DNA from: a virus
Length of the DNA: 64,000 bases
Virus record (IMG/VR): IMGVR_UViG_3300026097_000805
Location: 64,001-128,000 of that record
Direction: 5' to 3' (one strand)
Shown: positions 1 through 9,550 of the stretch, in pieces
Position numbering within the stretch: position 1 is the first letter of the stretch
Layout: every line of letters starts with the position of its first letter
Notes under the pieces: model-generated
Told to the model about the DNA's origin: nothing
Databases searched by the model: none
The model's input: only the letters and a program-made list of their open reading frames with translations
Made by a program: the position numbers and the translations under genes

Positions 1-307
1 TGAAGTTATTAGGCTTAGTCAACCTAAAGCGGAACAAACTATCTGTGTAGTGTTCTACTTCTGTGACTGTAAGTTGTCCTTGTTCTTCTTCAAGATACTT
101 TTTATATTCAATTTGATATTCTTCTTCGCTAAGAGAGTGCCACCCACGGCATCCGTCTGGTGAACGTCCACATCCACAAGCCATTACTCGTCCTCCTCGT
201 AGTTTAATTGTTCTTTTAGTTCGTTTACAAGATCAGCAACTTTCTCAATAAGTGCTACATCTTGATCGCTTTCTGTGTCTAGTTCCACTTCAATTTTAAT
301 TTTCATA

Positions 308-2977
308 TTACTCTCCAAAGTCAAACAAACTGTTAAATGTAGTGTGCTGCTTTGTATCTTCTAGTGGATAGTTCAACACACCAATCAAGTTGTCTAACTT
401 ATTATCAATAATAGTTTCTGCCATTGCCGCATCATCAAATGGCAACTCTTTGAACCAATCGGGCAAACGCAACTCATCTGTAGGATACGCAACACTTGTA
501 TAGCCTAGCGGATTTTGCTTGAGCTTGCAAACAATAACTTTCATACCATCTACAATCTCTTGAGAGTATTTGTCTCCATTCATGCGCTTGAGTGTATTCC
601 AATTAATACTTGCTCTAACGTGTCCGGGCATATTCGCTTTGCCTTGCTTTTGCTCCAGTCGCTGATAGTGTCCGATCTTGTTTGCACGTTTGGGCGAACC
701 TTTTTCCCAACCCGGCATTTCTTGAAACTCTTTGCGGAACTGTGTAATACGCTCTAGTACATCTGCCTGCGGAACATCTGTTAGCACCATTAGCAATAGT
801 TCTTTCAAGAAGTCCTGCATAAACACAGGTGTATCCGAACGGCGCAAGTCCAAGCCCATGGCCTTTACCTTACCCGGACTTCCTTCTTGGTCTGTTCTAA
901 AGCCTTCGTTATCTACTACTAGTGCCGCATAACGCTTCTTAGTAATATACAAACCGCTTACAGCAACAATCTCACGTCCTGCTGCAATTACGTCTGCACG
1001 ACTTTTAGGACAGTGAAACGCACGACCCATAAAGTCAACAAACGTTGTGTCTACTTGCTCACAGATTTGATCATACAGCGCAATAGCCTTTTCAGTCGAC
1101 CATTCTAGTTTACCAGACTCTACGTCATCTTTTAGAATAGGCCATGCACTAAAATACACAGAGTCAGTATCACCGTAAATAACAGCCTTGCCTACATGAT
1201 CATACTCGCCTGCAATAGTCTTGTTTGCTTCTGCACTCATGTGCTTAACAATCTGTCTACCTGTAAGTGTAGTTGACTGTCCGATACGTTTATCGAAGAA
1301 TCTACAACCAGGATTGAGAATCGCACCATACAAACTGTTCAAGTTAATCTTCTTAACTAACTGTCGTTTGTCCCAGTATTCAATCTCAGCATCGTTCTTA
1401 GCATCCTTTGCTTTTTTCAGCATCTTCTGCATGTCTTTACGTTCAGCATACCAACGCTTTAGAATACCTGGAATTACACCTTCAAACTCAGTTGTAAATA
1501 TAGTACCGTTAGCACTAAGCATCCAAGGCATATGTGAGTCGAATATAAGTTGATAAATCTCCGCACCTGATAGTACATCCGACCTACCATCCTCCCAATC
1601 AACTGTAAGTGCAACATCCTTTCGTTGATCCATAACTGCTTCGTATTCTTCTGTCGCAAATCTACCTTCCCAACTGCCTGCAAAGCTCTTTTTCTTTAGT
1701 GTCATGTCTTCATGCACACGAGCATCGCTGATCTCTGCTCGAATCTGTCCTACAATAGTTTCTGGCGCCATGTTCAACGCACGAATCACACTAGGATACA
1801 GTGAATTCAAGTCCATTGACGCCACCCACTTGTGTAAGCCCTTCTTAGGAAACGCAACATACGCACCCGCTGCCTGTGTGTTCTCGTCGTCACGTTGTTT
1901 GCGATTGGGTACTTGTAGCCCACGATTGTGTGCTTCGTTGATAATGCCTTGCTCTGTGACAGCAACAGCGCCCATTGTAGTTTGTAATAGTACTGTATTT
2001 TCGTGTGCAACTGTATTACTCAGGTCAATGAAGCGCAGTTTCTTGTCTAGCTTGTCAAGTAGTGCAGTATCCTGAATATTATATTCAATAAACTTACGGA
2101 AATCGTTGTTGTACAGTTGATCCAGTGTACCTTCATATGGTACTTTGTTTTCACCTACTTCAATCTCGCCGATAGCATCCAGTCGATATGTGTGACGTTC
2201 TTCATAGGTGTACTTGCGATACAGTTCAAGACTGTCCAAGTGTACACGACCTACTAGATCAAACGTGACAGCTTGCTTCCCATATTTTTCATATTCACGC
2301 TTCTTGGGCAATTGTCCCCATAAGCAGAATCTACGTGTATCATCTTTGCTTAATACACGCATTGTTCTATTAACAGTGTAGGGAATATCATAACCTTCAC
2401 TGTTCCAGCCACTTAAAATATCAGCATCTTCAATTAGTGTCAAGAAAGTGTCAATCATCTCACTTTCTTTTTCAAACAACATTACATTGTCAATGCCTTC
2501 AAGTTCTACCTTTGCTTGCTCCATAGTAAGTGTCTTAGGCGGAACAGCAAGACACACCATTGTTTCCATCCACTGCAAATATACAGATATTGATGTAATG
2601 GGCATAAACGGATCCGCAGGATCAGCAAAGCCTCGTTCCGGATCAAAGTCCGTCTCGATATCGAAGAACGCAATGTTTAGTTTGGGTGCATCTTGATTGA
2701 GATAGTGTTCGCTTAAACACTGAAAGATTGGATTTACATCGCTTTCAAAAAGTGTTTTATCTTTGTTGATAGCAACTTCTTTGCGAAAGTCTTTTGTGTT
2801 CTTACACACAATGCGAGATAACGGATCGCCGTACACACTCTTGTACTTGCCGCGTTCGTCCTTGTAATAAAAAGTATATTTTGCTTGATATTCTTGGAAG
2901 TGTCTTTTGCCGTCTCGTCGTTCTACGACACGGATAATATCTTGATCGCGATCGAACATCGCGTCTACATATGGCAT
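308..2977 (-). CDS. Family B DNA polymerase (T4 gp43-like)
   Basis: Exo I FFDIETD, region II DLNSLYPS, region III KINLNSLYG, region I YGDTDS, KKRY; 889 aa with no intein-sized insertion. Confidence 0.97.
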   Translation of the reverse strand: MPYVDAMFDRDQDIIRVVERRDGKRHFQEYQAKYTFYYKDERGKYKSVYGDPLSRIVCKNTKDFRKEVAINKDKTLFESDVNPIFQCLSEHYLNQDAPKLNIAFFDIETDFDPERGFADPADPFMPITSISVYLQWMETMVCLAVPPKTLTMEQAKVELEGIDNVMLFEKESEMIDTFLTLIEDADILSGWNSEGYDIPYTVNRTMRVLSKDDTRRFCLWGQLPKKREYEKYGKQAVTFDLVGRVHLDSLELYRKYTYEERHTYRLDAIGEIEVGENKVPYEGTLDQLYNNDFRKFIEYNIQDTALLDKLDKKLRFIDLSNTVAHENTVLLQTTMGAVAVTEQGIINEAHNRGLQVPNRKQRDDENTQAAGAYVAFPKKGLHKWVASMDLNSLYPSVIRALNMAPETIVGQIRAEISDARVHEDMTLKKKSFAGSWEGRFATEEYEAVMDQRKDVALTVDWEDGRSDVLSGAEIYQLIFDSHMPWMLSANGTIFTTEFEGVIPGILKRWYAERKDMQKMLKKAKDAKNDAEIEYWDKRQLVKKINLNSLYGAILNPGCRFFDKRIGQSTTLTGRQIVKHMSAEANKTIAGEYDHVGKAVIYGDTDSVYFSAWPILKDDVESGKLEWSTEKAIALYDQICEQVDTTFVDFMGRAFHCPKSRADVIAAGREIVAVSGLYITKKRYAALVVDNEGFRTDQEGSPGKVKAMGLDLRRSDTPVFMQDFLKELLLMVLTDVPQADVLERITQFRKEFQEMPGWEKGSPKRANKIGHYQRLEQKQGKANMPGHVRASINWNTLKRMNGDKYSQEIVDGMKVIVCKLKQNPLGYTSVAYPTDELRLPDWFKELPFDDAAMAETIIDNKLDNLIGVLNYPLEDTKQHTTFNSLFDFGE

Positions 2978-3005
2978 TTATTTCTCCTTGTTGATTATGG
3001 CCAAC

Positions 3006-3278
3006 TTAACCATCTACATGCTCTTTTGAGCGAGACTTGTACCATTGTACCAGTCCGTAAATACTTAGCGCAAACCAAAATATCTCAATAATAATACTGG
3101 ATAGGTTAGGTTTGAAGTATAAGTTAATGCCAAGCAGTACAGCAACAACCATGTTATTGAAGCTATACCAAAAGCCCTTGGCATCTAGTTTGCCAAACTG
3201 TAGTAAGGCAAACGTTCCAACTAGTATGACAACACCTACGTTGCCTACAAAGTCGCTCCATTCATAAGTGTATTCCAT
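3006..3278 (-). CDS. Small multi-pass membrane protein (CBU_0592-like)
   Basis: Three hydrophobic segments; D-x-VGNVG...LLQ..K..YS..N pattern recalled for this family. Confidence 0.55.
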   Translation of the reverse strand: MEYTYEWSDFVGNVGVVILVGTFALLQFGKLDAKGFWYSFNNMVVAVLLGINLYFKPNLSSIIIEIFWFALSIYGLVQWYKSRSKEHVDG

Positions 3279-3281
3279 CCA

Positions 3282-3515
3282 TCACCTAATAAAATAATTG
3301 TATATTCCGTATGCATCTACAAATAGAAACACAAAGTTTTGTATAAACATGGGCTTGTCTTTTAAATAAAAGAACAAACTACTCAAAACCACATGTCCTA
3401 GTGCAAATACAATAAATCCATAGCGACTGTATTCAAAGTTCGAACTTAGTAGTATAGCCGCAATGAAAAATAATATTGTGCCGGTCCACTTGGCAGTCTC
3501 TTGGTAGCGTATCAC
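3282..3515 (-). CDS. Small membrane protein
   Basis: KWTGT followed by three hydrophobic helices; tightly packed with neighbours. Confidence 0.65.
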   Translation of the reverse strand: MIRYQETAKWTGTILFFIAAILLSSNFEYSRYGFIVFALGHVVLSSLFFYLKDKPMFIQNFVFLFVDAYGIYNYFIR

Positions 3516-3772
3516 TTATCGTATCCGAGTGTAGCAACAAGTGTTTCGAGATCTTCGTGTGCATCTGCATGATTGTCCCAGTCACGATTCTTAGCAATTT
3601 TAATTGCTTTGTTAATAAGTGCAGGTTTGATATCGAGTTCTTCTGCAACAGCTTTTACAGTTTCTTTAAGGCCGCCCTGCAAGTCTTCTACTTCTTGCAT
3701 GACAGTTACTCCTTCACGCACAAGACGTTCTAATTTTGCTTTTTCTTCTGGTCCGTAGGTACGGTCACTCAT
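3512..3772 (-). CDS. Small dsDNA-binding protein (T4 DsbA/GapR-like)
   Basis: 86 aa helical; LKETVKAVAEELDIKPALINKAIK resembles the DsbA/GapR helix pattern; SD and own promoter upstream. Confidence 0.5.
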   Translation of the reverse strand: MSDRTYGPEEKAKLERLVREGVTVMQEVEDLQGGLKETVKAVAEELDIKPALINKAIKIAKNRDWDNHADAHEDLETLVATLGYDK

Positions 3773-3800
3773 TAGGATACTCCTCCGTTAATTTATAACT

Positions 3801-3829
3801 AGTATATGATATATTTAGGTAGATGTCAA
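3801..3829 (-). promoter_or_regulatory. Sigma70-type promoter
   Basis: TTGACA-17 nt-TATACT on the minus strand; TAAATA inside the spacer. Confidence 0.8.
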
Positions 3830-3833
3830 GTAT

Positions 3834-4466
3834 TTAAAATACTTTTTTGTTGTCGAACGCACGATCCCATCCAAAGAACTGTGCCTTATAGTCCGAATGG
3901 TCGTCACTTGAAAGATTGATCCATTCGTCTTTGCGTTGCCATAGTTTGACAGCGCCTTCATACCAATCGGTATTGTCGATAATGTTTTCTAGTTTTTCTT
4001 TAGCATCATATGCATCTTCTATTCGATCAAAGTCTTGTTCGATGTGTATTACTTCCATTACTAGATCGTGACTTACAAAGTCCAGACTAAAGTCTATCCC
4101 CCATTTAGGTTTGATGTTGAGCAGCTTTTGTAGTATAGGACGACTGCGACAAATTTCTTCAATCTGTTCTCTTGCTTCTCCTGCAAATGCATATCGTGTT
4201 AGCAGCATACAGTGATCTAATACTAGATTCTGTTCAGTTTGCTCTGTGTCACGATACCACTCTTGTACAGGCGCTATATGGAACTGTATTTCTCGATTAA
4301 GTTCGACACCGTTTGCTTCGTAATGCAAGTGTTCTAGAGGAGTAGGAACTTCGTATCCATCCTTATCAAAGTCTTTGAAAGGAAGTGTTTCTACTAAAGA
4401 TCGCTCTATTGGTTTAGTAAGGAATGGATTGTTTGTAAACTTGGGATGTAAGTTTACTAGATTCAT
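3834..4466 (-). CDS. Hypothetical protein
   Basis: 210-aa ORF in the main coding direction, abutting neighbours. Confidence 0.8.
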   Translation of the reverse strand: MNLVNLHPKFTNNPFLTKPIERSLVETLPFKDFDKDGYEVPTPLEHLHYEANGVELNREIQFHIAPVQEWYRDTEQTEQNLVLDHCMLLTRYAFAGEAREQIEEICRSRPILQKLLNIKPKWGIDFSLDFVSHDLVMEVIHIEQDFDRIEDAYDAKEKLENIIDNTDWYEGAVKLWQRKDEWINLSSDDHSDYKAQFFGWDRAFDNKKVF

Positions 4467-4774
4467 CCTATCTCCTGGGCTCCCATTTTACGAATAGCTT
4501 CGTCTATGTATAATGCAAGTTCAAAGTCTAACTGTGTCAAACCGCCTACATCGTGGGTATACACCATTAACACTACTTCGTTATAAAAGAATCCTATGTC
4601 TGCAAAATGGTCTAGTTTTACTTGTGGCTTTTCGATGTACAAAAGGAAGCGTAGCACACTGTTGTAGTCATCGAACGCTACTTTCTTGTATAGATACTTA
4701 CCCTTGCGAATTTCCCAGTCGGAAGCAAACTTTCTACGAATAGGTTCAGCTTGTTCAATGTCTAGTCGCTTCAT
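4463..4774 (-). CDS. Pterin-4a-carbinolamine dehydratase-like protein
   Basis: DHF(A/P)-like motif and THDVGGLTQLDF. Confidence 0.8.
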   Translation of the reverse strand: MKRLDIEQAEPIRRKFASDWEIRKGKYLYKKVAFDDYNSVLRFLLYIEKPQVKLDHFADIGFFYNEVVLMVYTHDVGGLTQLDFELALYIDEAIRKMGAQEIG

Positions 4775-5190
4775 TGTGTTCTGTCCTTATCATCGATTGC
4801 ACCACCACTAACCCAGGCAGTGCAACTACGTGTACCTGCACACTTGAAGTGGAGGAAGTTGCAGTATCCCAAATCTGCTTTATGGATTGTAGCCATTGCA
4901 TCAGCTTCTTTTTCATCACCTTGAATTCCACCTTCTATACAGTTCCACATTTTATCTGATACATCAAATGCTGCACAGTTGTTGCACTGCATGGTCTTAG
5001 CAGTTGTTTCATCTATGCCCCATTTCTTAGCATAGTCTTTCCAGTAAGTGCCTGGCTTTTCAGGATTTGCAGGACCGTACATATAATCGTGGATTGCACG
5101 TTGACGATTTTTAAGATTTACATCAATGTCTTGTGTAGCAACAGGACAGCCTTTGTTAGCTGCTTCTACAAGATTGATGTAAGATCTCAT
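4771..5190 (-). CDS. Cys-rich hypothetical protein (probable internal-head family)
   Basis: CNNC and GYCxxLHFKCAGTRSCTAW; N-terminus MRSYINLVE. Confidence 0.75.
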   Translation of the reverse strand: MRSYINLVEAANKGCPVATQDIDVNLKNRQRAIHDYMYGPANPEKPGTYWKDYAKKWGIDETTAKTMQCNNCAAFDVSDKMWNCIEGGIQGDEKEADAMATIHKADLGYCNFLHFKCAGTRSCTAWVSGGAIDDKDRTQ

Positions 5191-5810
5191 TTATAATCCT
5201 TTAGTGCTGCATACAAACGATCTTTAATTGATTCGGTTGTTGATTCTCTAGGAGCAGATCTTTCAAGGTCATCCATACCTTTAGCTTGACGCATTAGATC
5301 TTGGAAGTCAGTATCTTGCATTTGTTCCGGACTTGCACCGATTGCTTTTCTATCGTCGTTAAAATGCATATAGGCAATTTGTGCAAACATTCTTGCAGCT
5401 TTTTTCGGCATGCCTTTGTTCACAAATTTTTCAATTAATTTGTCTAGCTCTGGATTTTGTTCTGTGTTTTCATCTTCTCCCACGAGCTTGTCTTTCAAAG
5501 GATGTGGTTGTTCGCCGCTTGTGCTAGGAGTGCTTGTTGCGGGCATAGGATCTTTTCCTCTTGCATAGTCTCCGTGTTTTTGTGCTTCATTTACTTGTAC
5601 CCCTGCAAGCGCAGCAAAATCTGCAACACTATCTAGGCCTAAAGGCATAGATCCTTGCGGTACTTGTACTGACTCATTTACATAGTCTTTGGTAGGCGGA
5701 ACATCAGCTACCGCACCGCCTTGTGCTTGAGACTGCAACTTTGCTAGATCTTCTCTAGGATCCGTGGGGTCTAATTCAAATAGTTTACGTTGTAAGTCGT
5801 GATAATCCAT
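5187..5810 (-). CDS. Hypothetical protein (probable internal-head protein)
   Basis: 207 aa, acidic, with xNE/xTE junctions and an LAGV motif. Confidence 0.7.
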   Translation of the reverse strand: MDYHDLQRKLFELDPTDPREDLAKLQSQAQGGAVADVPPTKDYVNESVQVPQGSMPLGLDSVADFAALAGVQVNEAQKHGDYARGKDPMPATSTPSTSGEQPHPLKDKLVGEDENTEQNPELDKLIEKFVNKGMPKKAARMFAQIAYMHFNDDRKAIGASPEQMQDTDFQDLMRQAKGMDDLERSAPRESTTESIKDRLYAALKDYK

Positions 5811-5811
5811 A

Positions 5812-6300
5812 TTACATCTTCACACAGTTGTCTACAGTTTTGCCGCCCTTTTTCTTAGTGCCCATACGCTTGTAGCCTTTCCAGCATACTTTGCCGTCTA
5901 CACCTTTTTGCTTTTCTTCAGGTAGGGTAGTATAACTAGGCTTACCACAGTCTGAACAAACACCTTCAGTTTTTTCTGCTAGTTTTGAACGCAGGGCATC
6001 GACATAGTTTTTAGATTCTACAGGCATTTCTGCAGGCATTGCTTGCCCACCGTTTGCAAACTTCATATCATAATCTAGTGCATGGTATACACTTGACATA
6101 TAATCTGCTGCTTTAGTAATTTTGCTCTGCTGCCAGCCCTCGATGCCCTCTGCTTCTGAAACAGTTTTTAACATCTCGTGTAGCTTTACAGCATACTTTG
6201 CAATTTTATATAGGTCTGAACGAGCCATCTGAACTTCGTGATCACGTTCTGCACGATCGGCTAATTCACCTAGACCTTCTTGTATTTTTTTCATTCTCAT
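5812..6300 (-). CDS. Hypothetical protein with C-terminal CWKGYK basic module
   Basis: EGWQQSKITKAADYMSSVYHALDY core plus KVCWKGYKRMGTKKKGGKTVDNCV tail; GATAAATA upstream. Confidence 0.75.
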   Translation of the reverse strand: MRMKKIQEGLGELADRAERDHEVQMARSDLYKIAKYAVKLHEMLKTVSEAEGIEGWQQSKITKAADYMSSVYHALDYDMKFANGGQAMPAEMPVESKNYVDALRSKLAEKTEGVCSDCGKPSYTTLPEEKQKGVDGKVCWKGYKRMGTKKKGGKTVDNCVKM

Positions 6301-6329
6301 TGAAGCACTCCAATATACGTATAATGTAT

Positions 6330-6848
6330 TTATCGTTTGAGCGTTTGACCTGACATTAAATTAGCACCGCTGTCTAGTGCATTTGGCGCAACACCCTTGC
6401 GCTTTTTAGGCTTTTTAGCATTACGAGTGACACTTGGATTGGATACTGTGGCAATTGCGCCGCCCCCTACACTTGTTGCACCGCTAGTTGCAGTTTCGTT
6501 ATATACATTTCCTACACTTCGGCTTTGTGCAATTATTTTATCTCCACGTTTAAGTACATAACTTGGAACTGGAGTATCGTGCTTTGAATACACATTTTCA
6601 ATTGCTTTGCCAAAATTCGTCCATTTTTCTTTTGCTGTATTTCCTTCGAAATCTGTAAGGTCAAATTCTTTACCATTATCCATTACAATTACTAAAGTTG
6701 CTTGGCTATCGGCTGTGTTGTCTCTTAATTTTTTCTTGCGACGACGACCACTTGCTTTTGCGGCTTTATAGCTTTTCTTATAGCTTTTTGATTTTAAACG
6801 ACCTTCTGTTTCAATCGATTCTTCGCTTAAAATTTCATTTACTCTCAT
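6330..6848 (-). CDS. Hypothetical protein (probable internal-head protein)
   Basis: Start reassigned to MRVNEILSEE at 6848; contains NETATSGATSVGGGAIATV. Confidence 0.7.
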   Translation of the reverse strand: MRVNEILSEESIETEGRLKSKSYKKSYKAAKASGRRRKKKLRDNTADSQATLVIVMDNGKEFDLTDFEGNTAKEKWTNFGKAIENVYSKHDTPVPSYVLKRGDKIIAQSRSVGNVYNETATSGATSVGGGAIATVSNPSVTRNAKKPKKRKGVAPNALDSGANLMSGQTLKR

Positions 6849-6939
6849 AGTGCTGTCTCCAAAATGCATTACGCTCATTAGTACTTAGTCTTTGCGCTTC
6901 GTGTTCTTTATACTTTTTAACGTAATATGCAATATCCAT
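6835..6939 (-). CDS. 34-aa hypothetical protein (not in ORF track)
   Basis: MDIAYYVKKYKEHEAQRLSTNERNAFWRQHYESK; fills the gap, ATG overlaps the upstream TAA. Confidence 0.55.
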   Translation of the reverse strand: MDIAYYVKKYKEHEAQRLSTNERNAFWRQHYESK

Positions 6940-7967
6940 TATTTCTTTCTACCTGATTTCATATTAGCACACCAGTGATACATTTTAGCCTTCTCACCAC
7001 TTGCGTTCTTAGCACGTTTGCGAAGTGCTGTCACTGATCCATTGCAACTAGCACCTGAACGTTTTACACGCCCTGGTCTGCTTTTGCCTTTTTCCTTACC
7101 GTCAGCAAAGTTTTCTTTGACCATTGAACGAGCCTTGTCTAATGCCGCAGCAGCCTTAATAGTCATTGATCCTGCTAGACCAATCTCAAGACCATCTTTA
7201 TCTCTTATAGTAAGGTCCTGCGCAACATCAGCACCTACTTCAACTTCTCCTGCTTTCACTGCTTGTGCTAACCATCTTCTTGCAGCCTTTAGTTCATTCC
7301 ACATCATTTTGTATGTAGCACCACCCTGAAGTTTAAAGCCAGCACCTTTTTTAAAATATTTGTTTATTAAATTTTTGTATTGTTCTTCTGTAGTTGAATC
7401 TCCTGCAGAGTTTTCTTCTACAGGCTCTTGCATATGCTGTTTGATTGCTTTTGCTGTTCTTTCAAATTTATGATCTTTGTACTTAAATCCTATACCACCA
7501 GCTGCTTCCCAGTTGTTGATGTTAACACCATAGTCGTCAATCAGTATGTTAGGTGTGCCGTCTTCGTGTTTAGCATATTGTGGTTTGTTGTGAGTGACAT
7601 ATACTTCTTTGGGCGGGAAAAATGCTAGATTTTCTTCTACCCAAGTACGCTTGTGTCTTTCTGAATTAGGGTCGTCTGCTAAAGGACTGGTACAAATATA
7701 GTATTCACCTTTGACTTGTTTGATTAAATTTAGTAATTCTTTTGCCTGAGGTAGTACGGGAAGTCTTAACCAAAAGTCGTCTGTATCACGTATTTTTTGT
7801 AATGCATCGTCAATGTCATGCTGTTTGTTAATTTGTGTAAAATGATCTACATCCATTAGTCTTGCCCACTCGCCAAAGAAGTCAGCAAGTACACCATCCA
7901 TATCCACATATATTTCACTCGCACTTGCAATCTCGCCAAGATTTTCAAAAATCTCATGTACTCGCAT
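6939..7967 (-). CDS. 5'(3')-deoxyribonucleotidase (HAD, NT5C-like) fused to head-protein modules
   Basis: YVDMDGVLADF, CTSP, K, LIDDYGVN motifs; basic Cys-containing C-terminal module. Confidence 0.85.
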   Translation of the reverse strand: MRVHEIFENLGEIASASEIYVDMDGVLADFFGEWARLMDVDHFTQINKQHDIDDALQKIRDTDDFWLRLPVLPQAKELLNLIKQVKGEYYICTSPLADDPNSERHKRTWVEENLAFFPPKEVYVTHNKPQYAKHEDGTPNILIDDYGVNINNWEAAGGIGFKYKDHKFERTAKAIKQHMQEPVEENSAGDSTTEEQYKNLINKYFKKGAGFKLQGGATYKMMWNELKAARRWLAQAVKAGEVEVGADVAQDLTIRDKDGLEIGLAGSMTIKAAAALDKARSMVKENFADGKEKGKSRPGRVKRSGASCNGSVTALRKRAKNASGEKAKMYHWCANMKSGRKK

Positions 7968-8520
7968 CTGCGTTTTCCTTTAATGTAATAACACCACAGG
8001 CTAATCTATCTCCAGCATTGCCTGTTTTTAAACTTTCGTCGTCCCTGCCTTGGCCTAGATCATCTTCGTCACTGTGTACTACAACAGCACGACCTACTAC
8101 ACTGCGTTCACCTGTGAGGTCCACACGTTTTGCTGCTATACTGATGTTAGCAACACCGTCTTCGTCTGCTGTTATATTACCCAGATCGCCTACGTGTCCT
8201 TCGTCCAAATCCCCATGATCAACTCCATCCGGATTATAGTGTCCGCCTGCACTCTCACAACCTTGACTTAAATCACCAAACTCGTGAATATGGAATCCGT
8301 GTTCACCTGGAGTTAGTCCAGTTATCTTGCCTACTATGAGAGTAGGACCGTTTGCTTGTTGCTTGAATAAGATTGTGCCTTCAACTGTGTCTGAATGTTC
8401 TAGCACACATACCGCTGTGACGGTTTCTTGTGCTTCTGTGATCTTGTTTACGCTTTCGCATTGACATGCACTGGCTTTGGTTCTAGGACATTGTGTCGTT
8501 AGCACTTCATAAATTTTCAT
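7954..8520 (-). CDS. sodC: Cu/Zn superoxide dismutase
   Basis: GEHGFHIHEFGD, SAGGHYNP, HVGDLGNI, GRAVVVH, GNAGDRLACGVI. Confidence 0.96.
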   Translation of the reverse strand: MKIYEVLTTQCPRTKASACQCESVNKITEAQETVTAVCVLEHSDTVEGTILFKQQANGPTLIVGKITGLTPGEHGFHIHEFGDLSQGCESAGGHYNPDGVDHGDLDEGHVGDLGNITADEDGVANISIAAKRVDLTGERSVVGRAVVVHSDEDDLGQGRDDESLKTGNAGDRLACGVITLKENADAST

Positions 8521-9335
8521 TTTTTACGTCCTTGACAATGTGCTTTTTGACTGAAGCCTTTTGGATTAGAGCAATTAATACTGTCTTTATATTTTTTACT
8601 CCATTTTTCTTCTATACTCTCAACCTGTGACATTGCTTTTTGCATTTGCTTTTGACTAAACTTTATACCTTGTCTAACAAGAAATTTTTGTAAGAAGGTT
8701 AAGTGTGCCAAACCAATAGCTGCTGCAATCATTATAAGGATATTTGGTGCAAACTTTTTTATTAGTTCAGCTAATGCACTAGGTTTTTTATTTTTATATC
8801 TAGCTACTATTTGATCAAAATTCTTAGGACGTAGTTGAGGTACTGGAGCAGTTGCTGGTGCTGCTTCAGTTTGTAGCACATCTCGTGCAGTCTTAATAGC
8901 ATCAGGTCCTTGAGGATGTTTCGGATTAATACTTACTACTTCACCATTTATGAGTTCTGAAATGTTAGCCGCTTTGCCTACGCTATCTAGCACTTGATGT
9001 AATTTGTCTTGTGCATCATAGTTGCCACGTTCATAACCTTTTTTACCACGAACTTCTATACGATGTTTATTGTTAGTATCCATGATATGTAAAACATCTA
9101 TTTCGTCGTCTCTTTCTAAACGAAGCTTAATGCCTTCTGTCAGGCCTAAATTAAAAAGAACATTAGTGCTTTTACCTTTGACTTTTTTGCTTAGTGTAGG
9201 CGGACGTCCGTCTCGGTCTACTGTATTGCCAAATTTCTTTGCTTGTTTAGTGATTTCATCAGGGCCTACGTCAGGCGTTGTGTTTACACCTTTTACAATT
9301 CTGCCTACGCCTTCGTATAACTCGTAAACCTTCAT
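8517..9335 (-). CDS. Modular hypothetical protein (probable internal-head protein)
   Basis: MKVYELYE start; modules separated by LTE/LQTE/IEE; C-terminal KWSKKYKDSINCSNPKGFSQKAHC. Confidence 0.75.
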   Translation of the reverse strand: MKVYELYEGVGRIVKGVNTTPDVGPDEITKQAKKFGNTVDRDGRPPTLSKKVKGKSTNVLFNLGLTEGIKLRLERDDEIDVLHIMDTNNKHRIEVRGKKGYERGNYDAQDKLHQVLDSVGKAANISELINGEVVSINPKHPQGPDAIKTARDVLQTEAAPATAPVPQLRPKNFDQIVARYKNKKPSALAELIKKFAPNILIMIAAAIGLAHLTFLQKFLVRQGIKFSQKQMQKAMSQVESIEEKWSKKYKDSINCSNPKGFSQKAHCQGRKK

Positions 9336-9550
9336 TTCTTTTTACGACCCCTAAATTGTACCTGCCCTGTCATATAAGGTTTACTAAACCATAACTGAAA
9401 CCATTCTGGATCACCTGGGCGTATATTCATTTCACGTTCTTTTTTCTTGATAGCTGCCGCTGTCTCGCTAGGATTTTCGTCTAACACATATTCTGTGTAG
9501 CCTTTGAATTCATTTATTCCAGCAAGTTTGCGAAGCTCATCTAGATCCAT
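9332..9550 (-). CDS. Small hypothetical protein
   Basis: MDLDELRKLAGINE start and IRPGDPEWFQLWF; 4-nt and 1-nt overlaps with neighbours. Confidence 0.75.
   Translation of the reverse strand: MDLDELRKLAGINEFKGYTEYVLDENPSETAAAIKKKEREMNIRPGDPEWFQLWFSKPYMTGQVQFRGRKKK

Noticed and set aside
1-300. Partial ORFs at the window edge
   Set aside because: Fragments with CxC-like and coiled motifs are visible but too short or truncated to call.
308-2977. Intein or intron in the DNA polymerase
   Set aside because: Length and motif spacing are normal; no splicing motifs.
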